DNA of 27,899 bases, taken from IMG/VR virus record IMGVR_UViG_3300029930_000013, positions 1 to 27,899 of that record; one strand, 5' to 3'. The first letter of the stretch is position 1; every line of letters starts with the position of its first letter. Origin of the DNA: a virus. Taxonomy: Duplodnaviria; Caudoviricetes. Below are positions 16,930 to 26,856 of this stretch, one piece after another. Below the pieces are notes generated by a model. That model worked only from the letters and a program-made list of their open reading frames with translations, made no database searches and was not told the origin of the DNA. Position numbers and translations under genes: made by a program.

Positions 16930-18480
16930 ATGGCTGCTATTATAACTGATCAGATTAGAATATTGAATGCTAAAAATTTTGTTGGGGCTGTTTCTACCTC
17001 AACCAACTCTTACTATGCATTTATTGGATTGCCAAATCCAAACAATATTCAATCCGACTGGAATACAAATCCACCAAGTCCAATAGACAATTTTAGCTCT
17101 GAAAATGATTATTGGGATACCACAATAGCCTTAAAAAAGATAACGTCAAGTGATGTTAAACAAGTTGTAAGAAAAAATAATTGGTCGTCTGGAATTACAT
17201 ATGACTATTATCGTCATGATTATAGTATTTCAAACGTTCCTAAAAATTCGAGCGGAACATCGTTATATTCTGCAAATTATTTTATAGTAAACAGCGATTA
17301 CAGAGTTTACATTTGTCTTCAGAATGGAACTACGCCAGAAACTCCTGACGGAAAACCTTCATTGGACGAACCAACATTTACTGATTTAGAACCGAGGGCA
17401 GCTGGCACAAGTGGTGACGGATATATTTGGAAATATCTTTACACCATCAAACCATCGGAATTAATAAAGTTTGATTCAACAGAATTTATGCCAGTTCCAA
17501 GTAATTGGGAGACCAGCACTGATAATGCATCTGTGAGAGATAATGCCGTTGATGGCGGAATCAAAATTGTTGTTATTAAAGACCGTGGAGTTGGAGTTGG
17601 AACAGCAAATAGAACTTATACGAGAGTTCCTATTAAAGGGGACGGAAGTGGTGCAGAATGCACAGTAGTTGTTAATAATGATCAACAAGTAGAGAGTGTA
17701 ACAGTATCAAATCAAGGTTCTGGATACACGTTTGGAAACGTAGATTTAAGTGCGGGCGGAGTTCCATCACCATCATCATCTCCCGTTTTGGATGTAATTA
17801 TTCCACCTCAAGGAGGACATGGTTCGGATGTTTATAGAGAACTTGGAGCTACCAACATTCTCCTTTATGCAAGAATTGAAAATGATTCAGAAAATCCAGA
17901 TTTTATTACTGGAAATGAAGTATCAAGAATTGGAATTATTGAAAATCCTTTAGCATACGGTTCATCTCAACTTTTATCACAAGATAAAGCAAGTGCAGTA
18001 TATGCTCTTCGTTTGACAGGAGCAGGTTATAGTTCAGCATCATTTACTCCAGATGCACTTGTAACTCAAACTGTTGGAACTGGAATTACTGCTGTTGGTA
18101 AAGTTATTAGTTATGACCAAGTAACAGGTGTTTTAAAATATTGGCAAGAAAGAACTCTCGCAGGATTTAATACTGTTGGAACAGCACAAACATCTCCAAC
18201 ATATGGATATAATTTAACTCGATTTACTTCAGCACCTTCAACTGGAGGTAATTTGACGATAGTTGGTGGTAGTGTAAATTTATCAATCAGCACAGCATTT
18301 AGTGGTGTTTCTACCTCAATAAATAATAGGACATATTATCTTGGTCAGACATTCAGTAATGGTTTGGCAAATCCAGAGGTTAAAAAATATTCTGGAAGTA
18401 TCATATATGTTGACAACAGACCATCAATCACAAGATCTTCAAATCAAAAAGAAGATATCAAAGTTATATTGCAGTTCTAA
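16930..18480 (+). CDS. gp8: Baseplate wedge subunit gp8, 516 aa
   Basis: Motifs 'MAAIITDQIRILNAKNF', 'YRVYICLQNG', 'GDGYIWKYLYTI', 'IIPPQGGHG.D.Y.ELG' and the C-terminal 'SGSIIYVDNRPSITRSSNQKEDIKVILQF'. Confidence 0.92.
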   Translation: MAAIITDQIRILNAKNFVGAVSTSTNSYYAFIGLPNPNNIQSDWNTNPPSPIDNFSSENDYWDTTIALKKITSSDVKQVVRKNNWSSGITYDYYRHDYSISNVPKNSSGTSLYSANYFIVNSDYRVYICLQNGTTPETPDGKPSLDEPTFTDLEPRAAGTSGDGYIWKYLYTIKPSELIKFDSTEFMPVPSNWETSTDNASVRDNAVDGGIKIVVIKDRGVGVGTANRTYTRVPIKGDGSGAECTVVVNNDQQVESVTVSNQGSGYTFGNVDLSAGGVPSPSSSPVLDVIIPPQGGHGSDVYRELGATNILLYARIENDSENPDFITGNEVSRIGIIENPLAYGSSQLLSQDKASAVYALRLTGAGYSSASFTPDALVTQTVGTGITAVGKVISYDQVTGVLKYWQERTLAGFNTVGTAQTSPTYGYNLTRFTSAPSTGGNLTIVGGSVNLSISTAFSGVSTSINNRTYYLGQTFSNGLANPEVKKYSGSIIYVDNRPSITRSSNQKEDIKVILQF

Positions 18481-18486
18481 CTAACT

Positions 18487-21400
18487 ATGGCTCAGCAAAC
18501 TAATCTCAATGTTTCTCCATACTTTGATGATTTTGATGAAAATGATAATTATTACAGAATTTTATTTAAGCCAGGTTATCCAGTTCAAGCAAGAGAATTA
18601 ACTGGTCTTCAATCAATCTTACAAAATCAGATTGATAAATTTGGTCAACACTTTTTTAAAGAAGGCGCAAAAGTAATTCCAGGAAATACTGCATATAGTC
18701 AAAGTTACTATGCAGTGGAATTAAATAATACCCATCTTGGAGTTCCAGTTGAATATTATATTGAACAATTATTAAAAAGAAAAATTATTGGTTTAACTTC
18801 TGGTGTTACTGCAATAATTGATAAAGTTTTAAAATCAGAAGATTCCGAAAGAGGAAATTTAACAATTTATATTTCTTATATCTCATCTGGAGTTCAAAAT
18901 CCAGATATTAAACAGTTTTTAGATGGTGAATTATTAGCAGCAGATACGGATATTATTACTGGACCTTTAAATAATACTTTCATTCCGTCTGGAGAATCTT
19001 TTGCGTCTGCAATCTCTACAAATGCAACTTCTACAGCGTCATCTTTTTCAATTTCAAATGGAGTATACTTTGTACGTGGAACTTTTGTAAATGTTCAGGA
19101 TGAAACTATTCTTCTTCAACAGTACTCAAATACTCCAACAGGAAGAATTGGTCTTCGGGTACAAGAAGAGATTATAAATGCAGACGAAGATGAGACATTA
19201 ACGGATAATTCTAAAGGTTTTAACAATTATGCTGCTCCAGGAGCAGATCGTTTGAAAATTACATGTTCATTATTTTTTAAAGCAATAGATGATTTCAACG
19301 ATTCAAACTTCGTTGAGTTGGCAACAGTTAATAACGGCAATTTACGTTCTCAAGTTAAAAACACTCAATATAGTTTAATTGCCGATGAACTAGCAAGAAG
19401 AACTTTTTCAGAATCTGGAGATTATACTGTCACCCCATTTGATATTACCGTCAAAGAATCTTTAAATGATGGTGTAGCAAATAATGGCGTTTTTGAGCAA
19501 GGTCAATTTACGTATTCAGGAACTTTAGCAAGTGAAGATTTAGCACTTTATCAAATTTCTCCAGGAAAAGCTTTTGTTAAAGGGTATGAGATCGAAACTA
19601 TCAGCACAACTTATATTGACGCCCCTAAAACAAGAACAACAAAAACACTAGAAAATCAAGGTATTAACTATACCACAGGAACTACTCTTAAGTTAAATCG
19701 TGTTTTTGGAAATCCTGTGGTTGGAGTTGGAAATACTTATATTTTGAGTTTAAGAGATAGTAGAGTTGGTGTTAATAGCATTACTTCTCCAGGAAAAGAA
19801 ATTGGACTAGCAAGAGTTTATGATTTTAATTTAGAGTCTGGTTCATATTCCTCATCTAATCCTAATATTAATGAATGGGATATTTCTCTCTATGATATTC
19901 AACTTTTTTCCCATATCACTGTCAATGAGCCAATTACACTATCAGTTCCTACTTTCGTAAAGGGCAAATATAGTGGAGCAACTGCATTTTTAAGAAGTTC
20001 AGTTTCTGCTGGTACAGCATTAACTGTTTATGAAAAATCCGGAGAATTTGTAGCAAATGAACCATTTATTTTTAATGGAGTTGAAGACACAAGAGTTGCC
20101 ACTGCGGTGACCTCTTTTGGTATATCAAATGTAAAATCTGTTTATGGTGGACCAGATTTAGGTAATGTTGGATTTGCAAGAACTTTTTCAGCGGATACTA
20201 TTCAGGCAGATTCCTTTAATGTCGGCATTGCAACAATTACAGCGTATGTTGCTGCTTCTGGAGAGAGCACTGTTGTCAGCACTAATCCATTATTCCCCGG
20301 AAATATTGTAAAAAGAAATGATTTGGTTAAATTTACAGGTTTAAATTTAGCAGATCCAATTTTTGCCAGAGTTGTAAGTACAGCTTCTACTTCTATCGTA
20401 ATCACTGGTGTTACTACAGTTAGTGGTGTTGCGGAAGGAAAACTCCCACCATCATCTACTTTGTCAGTAACAGACTTTAAAGTATTATCTACACCTTTAA
20501 ATGATTCTGTAGATAATACATTATACACTTCGATGCCAAGAAGAAATATTTCAAATGTAGATTTAACCGATGCCTCTTTGATCATCAGAAAATCTTACAC
20601 TGTAAATATTTCTGGAAATCGTCTTTCATCTGCTTTAACTGCTGGTACTAATGAAACATTTTTACCTTTCGATGAAGAAAGATATTCATTAGTAAGATCA
20701 AATGGAGTAACTGAAGTTCTGACTTCTGATAAGTTTTCGTTCTCTTCTGGATCAACGGTTCTTCAAATTAACAACTTATCTACTGATGATAATGGCGCTA
20801 CTTTAGTTGCGACACTTACAAAATCAAAACCAAAAGCAAAAGTTAAGAGACAAAATAGAGTAAATGCAATTGTTATTGATAAATCTAAACTTGCAGGATC
20901 TGGAGTTGGAGCAACAACTCTAAATGATGGACTCACTTATGGTAGTTTCCCATATGGGACTAGAGTTCAAGATGAAAACATTTGTTTGAATAATCCAGAT
21001 ATTATTAGAATTCTTGGCATTTTTGAATCAACTACAACAACAAATGCGTCTGCACCAAAAGTAACTTTATCTTCACTGAATGGTCCTACAGGAAAGGCAT
21101 CTGATTTAATCATAGGAGAAAAAATTACAGGTTCTGCGTCAGGTGCAATTGCCGTTGTTGCAGAAAAATTATCCGATTCTCAAATTACATATGTCCTGAA
21201 AAATCAAATCTCATTCAAAGAAGGAGAAACTGTTACTTTTGAAGAATCTAAAATACAGGCAATAGTCACAACATTAGAAACTCCAAGCAGAAACGTTTCT
21301 GCAAATTATACTTTCAATTCTGGTCAAGAAGGAACTTTCTATGACCATGGGTTTATAACAAGAAAGAGTAATGTAAAAGAACCGTCTAGAAGATTAAAAA

Positions 21401-24400
21401 TTTATTTCACTAATGCATATTACGAATCTTCTGATGATGGAGATATTACAACTAAAAATTCATATGATACCTTTGATTATAAAAATGATATTCTTACAAT
21501 CAACGGAAATAGAAACACTGATATAATTGACATCAGACCCAGAGTTTCAACTTATAGTGTACTTGAGGGGTCAAGATCACCATTAGAATTCCTTGGCAGA
21601 AGTTTTAATGGTTCTGGAAATTCTGCTGCTAATATTTTAGCATCAGATGAATCTATTATCACCAATTTTTCATTCTACGTTGGAAGAATTGATAGAATTT
21701 ATCTGACTAAAGATGGAAGATTTGAAATCCAATATGGAGAACCATCCGAAAAATTAGATAAACCAATTCCAATCGATGATGCTTTGGAAATTGGATCTGT
21801 TCTCATGCCTCCATATTTGTACGATGTAGAATCAGCATCTCTATCTTTCTTAAATCATAAAAGATATAGAATGTCCGATATTAGAAAACTTGAGGACAGA
21901 ATTAAAAATCTTGAATATTACACAACACTTTCTTTACTTGAAACCAACACTGCAAATCTGTTTATTCCAGATTCTAGTGGATTGAATAGATTTAAGTCTG
22001 GTTTCTTTGTAGACAACTTCACAACTATTTTACCACAAGAATCCGCAGTAGAGGTTAAAAACAGCATTGATATTCCTAATAAAGAATTAAGACCTAGACA
22101 TTTCACCAATTCAATTGATTTGCAATTAGGTCCAGTTGAAAATGTAAGTGCAACTGAAGACCTTGCATTTTTACAACCAGAAGGAACTGGTATTAAGAGA
22201 TCAAGTGATATTGTCACTTTAAACTATAATGAAGTTGAGTGGTTAAAACAATCTTTTGCTACTAGAACCGAAAGTATAACACCATTCCTCGTAAGTTTTT
22301 GGCAAGCCACTTTAGAGTTGACTCCTGCATCTGACACTTGGGTTGATACTGCAAGAATTGAAGCAAAAATTATCAATACCGAAGGTAATTACACTGAAAC
22401 AATTGCCAATGCCCAAAGAACAATAGGATTGGACCCACAAACGGGATTAAGTCCAATCTTATGGAATGCATGGGAGACGGTTTGGACTGGACAAGAAATT
22501 ATTGATACAACCAGAACAAGAGAGGTTAGAGGTGATTTAGGTCCAACACGACGCCAAGGTCCTGGTGGAACTGGAAGAACAAGAACATTTACAGAAAGCA
22601 CAACTGATACAGTTTTTGAAGATTCCTTTAGAGAAGTCATTGATACTGGAACATCAACTAGATCTGGCACAAGAACTGTAGTTACAGAACAATTTGATAT
22701 GCAATCTGTCGGTGACAGAGTTGTCAATAGAGAAATTATTGCATTCATGCGTTCTAGAAACGTTCAATTTGTTTCTAAAAAATTAAAACCACTCACCCAA
22801 ATTTATGCTTTCTTTGATGGAGTCAATGTAACAAAGTATTGTGTTCCAAAACTTCTTGAAATTTCAATGATCACTGGTTCTTTCCAAGTGGGAGAAACAG
22901 TTGTTGGCACTATAAGAAATACAGGTATTCAACCCGTTATTGGATTATCTAATCCACAAATTACATTTAGAGTTGCCCAAAGTAACCATAAAGAGGGTCC
23001 TTATAATGCACCAACTAGTGTATTTACTAACAATCCATACACATCTCAAGTTGGAGCCACTGGATTGGAAACTTTCTTGGGAACACCAGGAACTGTTCAA
23101 CTAGCAGGACAAGGAAATACAATTCCTGCTACTTATTCTTCAACGGCAACAATTTTAAATGTAGATACATACTCACTTTCACTACAAGCACAAGGAGAAT
23201 TCAGTGGATATGTTGAAACTGGAATGATTTTAGTTGGACAAACTAGTGGTGCTCAAGCAACAATCACAAATCTTAGACTCATATCAGACCTTGGAGCAAA
23301 TCTCATTGGTAGTTTCTTTATTCCAAATCCAAATGTGGGAACTAATCCAAGATTTGCAACTGGAACCAAAAAATTAACTCTAATAAACAATTCCGACAAC
23401 AATGCAAATACAGCAGATACTATCGCAGAAGAATCTTTCTCTTCTAGTGGAACACTAGAGACTGTTCAAGAAAATATTATTTCTGTCAGAAATGCAAGAG
23501 TTGAAATCAAGCAAGAGACCGAAACTGCCGGCGCTAGAAGAACAACTGGACCACAACTGACAGGCACTAGAGTTATATCACAAACAACAAGATCCCAAAC
23601 TGTTACTGAATGGTATGACCCATTAGCACAGTCATTCCAAGTACAAGATGAAACAGGAGTCTTTATAACAAGTTGTGATATTTTCTTCCAAACAAAAGAT
23701 GACATGGACATTCCCATGACATTCCAGATTCGCACGATGCAAGGTGGAGTTCCTACTCAAAAAATTCTACCATTCTCTGAAATTGTTGTTGACCCAAGTC
23801 AAATCAATACATCTCAAGATGGAACTGTTCCTACAAGATTTACGTTTAAAGCACCAGTTTATCTGGAGGGTGGAGTTGACTATGCAATTTGTCTTGCTTC
23901 TTGGTCAACAAAATATAGAGTGTTTATTTCAAGAGTTGGTGAATCTGATTTAGTTACTGATGAATTTATTTCAAATCAACCATATCTGGGTTCTCTCTTT
24001 AAGTCTCAAAACGCTTCTACATGGGAACCAAGTCAATGGGAAGATTTGAAATTTACACTCTATAGAGCAGAGTTTGAACCATCAGGAACCTTGGAAGTTT
24101 ACAATCCAGTTTTAGGTGAGGGTAATGGACAAATTCCAAAATTAATGCCAAACTCGATTGTTTTGAATTCTAGAAGAGTGAGAGTTGGACTCGGATCTAC
24201 ACTTCAAGAAGTTGTTGGAGTTGCAACTGGTTTACAATTTGGAAACACAATTTCTCAACAAGGAACTAATGCAACTGGAAATTATGTTGGTAATGCAGGT
24301 ATTGCAACAGGCACTTTAGGAATTATTAATGCTGGTATTGGGTATACCCCATCTTCTGGATCATTTACTTTTGCTGGTGTTGGTCTTACAAACATAACTG

Positions 24401-26082
24401 GAACTGGAAAAAATATAACAGCAAATGTGACAATTGAAAATGGCATTGCAATTGCTGCAACTGTTGTGACTTCTGGAACTGGTTATCAAGTTGGAGATGT
24501 TCTTGGTATTTCAACAATAGGAAATACATCTGTTGGTAGAAATGCTCGCTTGTCTGTTGTCTCAATTGCAAGTACAAATGAAATTGTCTTGGATAATGTT
24601 CAAGGAGACTTTGTTGTTGGCGCAGGAAAAACTCTCAGGTATACAAATAGTCTTGGTATTACAACTGATTTAAATGCTGCGAGAGGTGGAAATGTAACAC
24701 CTTCAATCATTGAAGTTGTGAGTGATGGATTACATGCGGTTGTCAATCACAAAAATCATGGTATGTATCATGAAACAAATAGAGTTATAATTTCTGGCGT
24801 TGAATCTGATATAGTCCCAACAAAACTTGTGCTTCCATATGCTTCAGATTCTACCGCACCAATTTCTGTAGATGATAGTTCAAACTTCGGAACTTTTGAA
24901 AATGTTGGAGTTGGTACAACAAATCTTGGATATCTGTTGATTGGAAGTGAAGTTATCAGTTATAGTTCTGTTTCTGCAGGATCGATTAGTGGTATAACAA
25001 GAGGTTCTAATCCAAAGAATTATTTGGCAGGAACTCCTGTTTACAAATATGAACTTGGTGGTGTTTCTTTAAGAAGAATTAATAAAACTCACTTGTTAGA
25101 TGATGTAACAGTCTCAAATCCTCTTACTTTTGACTCATACAATATTAAAATTGATATGGCTTCGAGTGGTGTTGCTAGAACTGATGGAGTAAGTTTCCCC
25201 AAACTTTATGCGAATCAAACTAAATCTTCTGGGGGATTAAATTCACGGGCAACTCAAAATATTCCGTTTGAAATTATTACTCCCATGATTCAAAACATTA
25301 CAGTTCCTGGAACTAATGTTACTGCGGAAATGAGAACTACTTCTGGAACTAGTTTAAACGATGGTTCTGGAACAGGACCCGATGTTCCTTTTGTTAATAA
25401 AGGATATGAACCAATTACTCTTAACAAATCAAATTATTTGAATTCTCCACGAATTATTGCTTCTAGAGTTAATGAAACATCAAATACTTCTATTCAAACA
25501 TTCCCAGGAGATAGATCTTTCAACATTAAATTAAATTTAAGTTCTGTAGATAATCGTTTGTCTCCTATTATTGATGTTCAAAGAATGAATATCATTTTAA
25601 CTTCAAATAGAGTGAATAATGTTATTTCTAATTATGTAACTGACAACAGAGTAAATACTCTCACAGAGGATCCAACTGCATGTCAATACATATCTAAAGA
25701 AAATGTGTTAGAAGCGTCTGCATCTTCGATTAAAATTATAATGTCAGCTCATATTAATGATTACTCTGATATTAGAGCATTTTATGCAATTAATGACAGT
25801 GAAAACTTCAATCCAATTTTTGTTCCTTTCCCAGGATATGATAATTTAAATACAAAGGGAGAGATAATTAATGTATCTGATAGTAATGGAAAGCCAGACA
25901 ATTATGTAAGTCTTTCCGATTCTCGTGGATTTTTATCCGAAGATTTAGATTATAAAGAGTATACATTTACTGCAAATAATCTACCATCCTTTAGAGCATA
26001 TAGAATTAAATTTGTTCTTACTTCGACAAATCAAGCGTATGTTCCTAGAGTTAGAGAGTTAAGAGTCATAACCCTTGCATAA
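18487..26082 (+). CDS. Large virion structural protein, DUF4815 / VrlC-like, 2531 aa
   Basis: N-terminal 'NLNVSPYFDDFD...YYRILFKPGYPVQARELT.LQSILQNQI', plus 'APGADRLKI', 'RYRMSDIRKLEDRIKNLEYYT.LSLLE', 'RFKSGFFVDNF', 'DPLAQSF' and 'LGSLFKSQNASTW...QWEDLKF.LYRAEF'. Confidence 0.85.
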   Translation: MAQQTNLNVSPYFDDFDENDNYYRILFKPGYPVQARELTGLQSILQNQIDKFGQHFFKEGAKVIPGNTAYSQSYYAVELNNTHLGVPVEYYIEQLLKRKIIGLTSGVTAIIDKVLKSEDSERGNLTIYISYISSGVQNPDIKQFLDGELLAADTDIITGPLNNTFIPSGESFASAISTNATSTASSFSISNGVYFVRGTFVNVQDETILLQQYSNTPTGRIGLRVQEEIINADEDETLTDNSKGFNNYAAPGADRLKITCSLFFKAIDDFNDSNFVELATVNNGNLRSQVKNTQYSLIADELARRTFSESGDYTVTPFDITVKESLNDGVANNGVFEQGQFTYSGTLASEDLALYQISPGKAFVKGYEIETISTTYIDAPKTRTTKTLENQGINYTTGTTLKLNRVFGNPVVGVGNTYILSLRDSRVGVNSITSPGKEIGLARVYDFNLESGSYSSSNPNINEWDISLYDIQLFSHITVNEPITLSVPTFVKGKYSGATAFLRSSVSAGTALTVYEKSGEFVANEPFIFNGVEDTRVATAVTSFGISNVKSVYGGPDLGNVGFARTFSADTIQADSFNVGIATITAYVAASGESTVVSTNPLFPGNIVKRNDLVKFTGLNLADPIFARVVSTASTSIVITGVTTVSGVAEGKLPPSSTLSVTDFKVLSTPLNDSVDNTLYTSMPRRNISNVDLTDASLIIRKSYTVNISGNRLSSALTAGTNETFLPFDEERYSLVRSNGVTEVLTSDKFSFSSGSTVLQINNLSTDDNGATLVATLTKSKPKAKVKRQNRVNAIVIDKSKLAGSGVGATTLNDGLTYGSFPYGTRVQDENICLNNPDIIRILGIFESTTTTNASAPKVTLSSLNGPTGKASDLIIGEKITGSASGAIAVVAEKLSDSQITYVLKNQISFKEGETVTFEESKIQAIVTTLETPSRNVSANYTFNSGQEGTFYDHGFITRKSNVKEPSRRLKIYFTNAYYESSDDGDITTKNSYDTFDYKNDILTINGNRNTDIIDIRPRVSTYSVLEGSRSPLEFLGRSFNGSGNSAANILASDESIITNFSFYVGRIDRIYLTKDGRFEIQYGEPSEKLDKPIPIDDALEIGSVLMPPYLYDVESASLSFLNHKRYRMSDIRKLEDRIKNLEYYTTLSLLETNTANLFIPDSSGLNRFKSGFFVDNFTTILPQESAVEVKNSIDIPNKELRPRHFTNSIDLQLGPVENVSATEDLAFLQPEGTGIKRSSDIVTLNYNEVEWLKQSFATRTESITPFLVSFWQATLELTPASDTWVDTARIEAKIINTEGNYTETIANAQRTIGLDPQTGLSPILWNAWETVWTGQEIIDTTRTREVRGDLGPTRRQGPGGTGRTRTFTESTTDTVFEDSFREVIDTGTSTRSGTRTVVTEQFDMQSVGDRVVNREIIAFMRSRNVQFVSKKLKPLTQIYAFFDGVNVTKYCVPKLLEISMITGSFQVGETVVGTIRNTGIQPVIGLSNPQITFRVAQSNHKEGPYNAPTSVFTNNPYTSQVGATGLETFLGTPGTVQLAGQGNTIPATYSSTATILNVDTYSLSLQAQGEFSGYVETGMILVGQTSGAQATITNLRLISDLGANLIGSFFIPNPNVGTNPRFATGTKKLTLINNSDNNANTADTIAEESFSSSGTLETVQENIISVRNARVEIKQETETAGARRTTGPQLTGTRVISQTTRSQTVTEWYDPLAQSFQVQDETGVFITSCDIFFQTKDDMDIPMTFQIRTMQGGVPTQKILPFSEIVVDPSQINTSQDGTVPTRFTFKAPVYLEGGVDYAICLASWSTKYRVFISRVGESDLVTDEFISNQPYLGSLFKSQNASTWEPSQWEDLKFTLYRAEFEPSGTLEVYNPVLGEGNGQIPKLMPNSIVLNSRRVRVGLGSTLQEVVGVATGLQFGNTISQQGTNATGNYVGNAGIATGTLGIINAGIGYTPSSGSFTFAGVGLTNITGTGKNITANVTIENGIAIAATVVTSGTGYQVGDVLGISTIGNTSVGRNARLSVVSIASTNEIVLDNVQGDFVVGAGKTLRYTNSLGITTDLNAARGGNVTPSIIEVVSDGLHAVVNHKNHGMYHETNRVIISGVESDIVPTKLVLPYASDSTAPISVDDSSNFGTFENVGVGTTNLGYLLIGSEVISYSSVSAGSISGITRGSNPKNYLAGTPVYKYELGGVSLRRINKTHLLDDVTVSNPLTFDSYNIKIDMASSGVARTDGVSFPKLYANQTKSSGGLNSRATQNIPFEIITPMIQNITVPGTNVTAEMRTTSGTSLNDGSGTGPDVPFVNKGYEPITLNKSNYLNSPRIIASRVNETSNTSIQTFPGDRSFNIKLNLSSVDNRLSPIIDVQRMNIILTSNRVNNVISNYVTDNRVNTLTEDPTACQYISKENVLEASASSIKIIMSAHINDYSDIRAFYAINDSENFNPIFVPFPGYDNLNTKGEIINVSDSNGKPDNYVSLSDSRGFLSEDLDYKEYTFTANNLPSFRAYRIKFVLTSTNQAYVPRVRELRVITLA

Positions 26083-26083
26083 T

Positions 26084-26311
26084 ATGGAAAATATAAAAGT
26101 TAAAGGATATGACTATCTCATAAGAGATCCTAGAACAAACGCAATTATTAATACGAATAAATCAGAATATAATGAGTACATTGCTCGTCGTGACTCTAAA
26201 ATAAAAGAGCAACAAAAAATGAATGATTTGGAATCTGACGTTGCTAACATGAAAGATGACCTAAATGAAATTAAATCTTTACTTCGGAGTTTAATCAATG
26301 AATCCAGATAA
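26084..26311 (+). CDS. Small hypothetical protein with C-terminal coiled coil, 75 aa
   Basis: ATG 26084 lies 1 nt after the upstream stop and is preferred over the track's TTG 26075. 'L.RD..TNAIINT' is followed by a heptad pattern in 'MNDLESDVANMKDDLNEIKSLLRSL'. Confidence 0.8.
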   Translation: MENIKVKGYDYLIRDPRTNAIINTNKSEYNEYIARRDSKIKEQQKMNDLESDVANMKDDLNEIKSLLRSLINESR

Positions 26312-26483
26312 AATAGTATTAGAAAATTTAAGTAAAAGTTTTGAATACTTTAAAGTATCTTCAGAGATAGATAATTTAGAGAACATTGAGCAAGTTAAAA
26401 ATATTGCAAAATGTTATTATAAACTTTACTTAAAACAACAAGAAGTTGTTGCCAATTTAGGAGTTTCAAATGGCTACGAATAA
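26298..26483 (+). CDS. Small helix-loop-helix hypothetical protein, 61 aa (remote NblA-like pattern)
   Basis: SD GGAG at 26286-89 and ATG 26298. It has two predicted amphipathic helices. The ORF is well supported but the function is speculative. Confidence 0.75.
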   Translation: MNPDKIVLENLSKSFEYFKVSSEIDNLENIEQVKNIAKCYYKLYLKQQEVVANLGVSNGYE

Positions 26484-26856
26484 AATCACATTTGACCCCG
26501 AGGCTGGTGTAGCATATCCAGTTAATTTGACTATCAATACTGGTGCCACATTTAAAGCAAGTTTTGAAGTGATTGGACTTGCAAATACAGCGTTTAATTT
26601 TACAGGATACACTGGGTCATCTCAAATGGCAAAAAGTGTATCTATTGGATCAACCTCATATGCAATAGCAACTTTCAACGTTGGATTTACAAGTGCTGCT
26701 GGTGGAAAATTTAATATTTCACTAGGTTCAACAACAACTAGAGGATTGGTAGAAGGAAGATATATTTACGACGTTTTGGTTAGTTCGGGTTCTACCGTTT
26801 ATCGAATCATAGATGGAATGATATTAGTAAAACCGGGAATTTCATCTGCACCATAA
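26470..26856 (+). CDS. Putative virion protein with an Ig-like / BppU N-terminal-like beta sandwich, 128 aa
   Basis: Pattern 'NLTINTGATF...F', 'FNFTGYT..SQM.K', 'G.F.ISLGSTTT..L.EGRYIYDVLV' and 'RIIDG.ILV.PGI'. SD GGAG at 26460-63. Confidence 0.7.
   Translation: MATNKITFDPEAGVAYPVNLTINTGATFKASFEVIGLANTAFNFTGYTGSSQMAKSVSIGSTSYAIATFNVGFTSAAGGKFNISLGSTTTRGLVEGRYIYDVLVSSGSTVYRIIDGMILVKPGISSAP

Noticed and set aside
22528-22536. RGD tripeptide in the DUF4815 protein as an integrin-binding motif
   Set aside because: It is expected by chance in 2531 aa and is irrelevant to a bacterial host.
3495-24577. Numerous 60-133 aa antisense or alternate-frame ORFs inside gp6, gp7, gp8 and DUF4815 (e.g. 6155-6556, 15839-16183, 20202-20585, 22389-22748)
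   Set aside because: These are shadow ORFs expected from the codon bias of long Gly/Thr/Val/Ser-rich genes. They have no recognisable motifs or expression signals.
4764-26082. Inteins, introns or homing endonucleases explaining the giant ORFs
   Set aside because: No intein splice motifs or LAGLIDADG/HNH/GIY-YIG signatures were seen. Structural repeats account for the length.
26075-26083. TTG start for the 78-aa ORF
   Set aside because: It overlaps the upstream stop. ATG 26084 directly after the stop is more parsimonious.
26113-26298. Minus-strand 61-aa ORF
   Set aside because: It is fully antisense to the coiled-coil gene and has no supporting signals.
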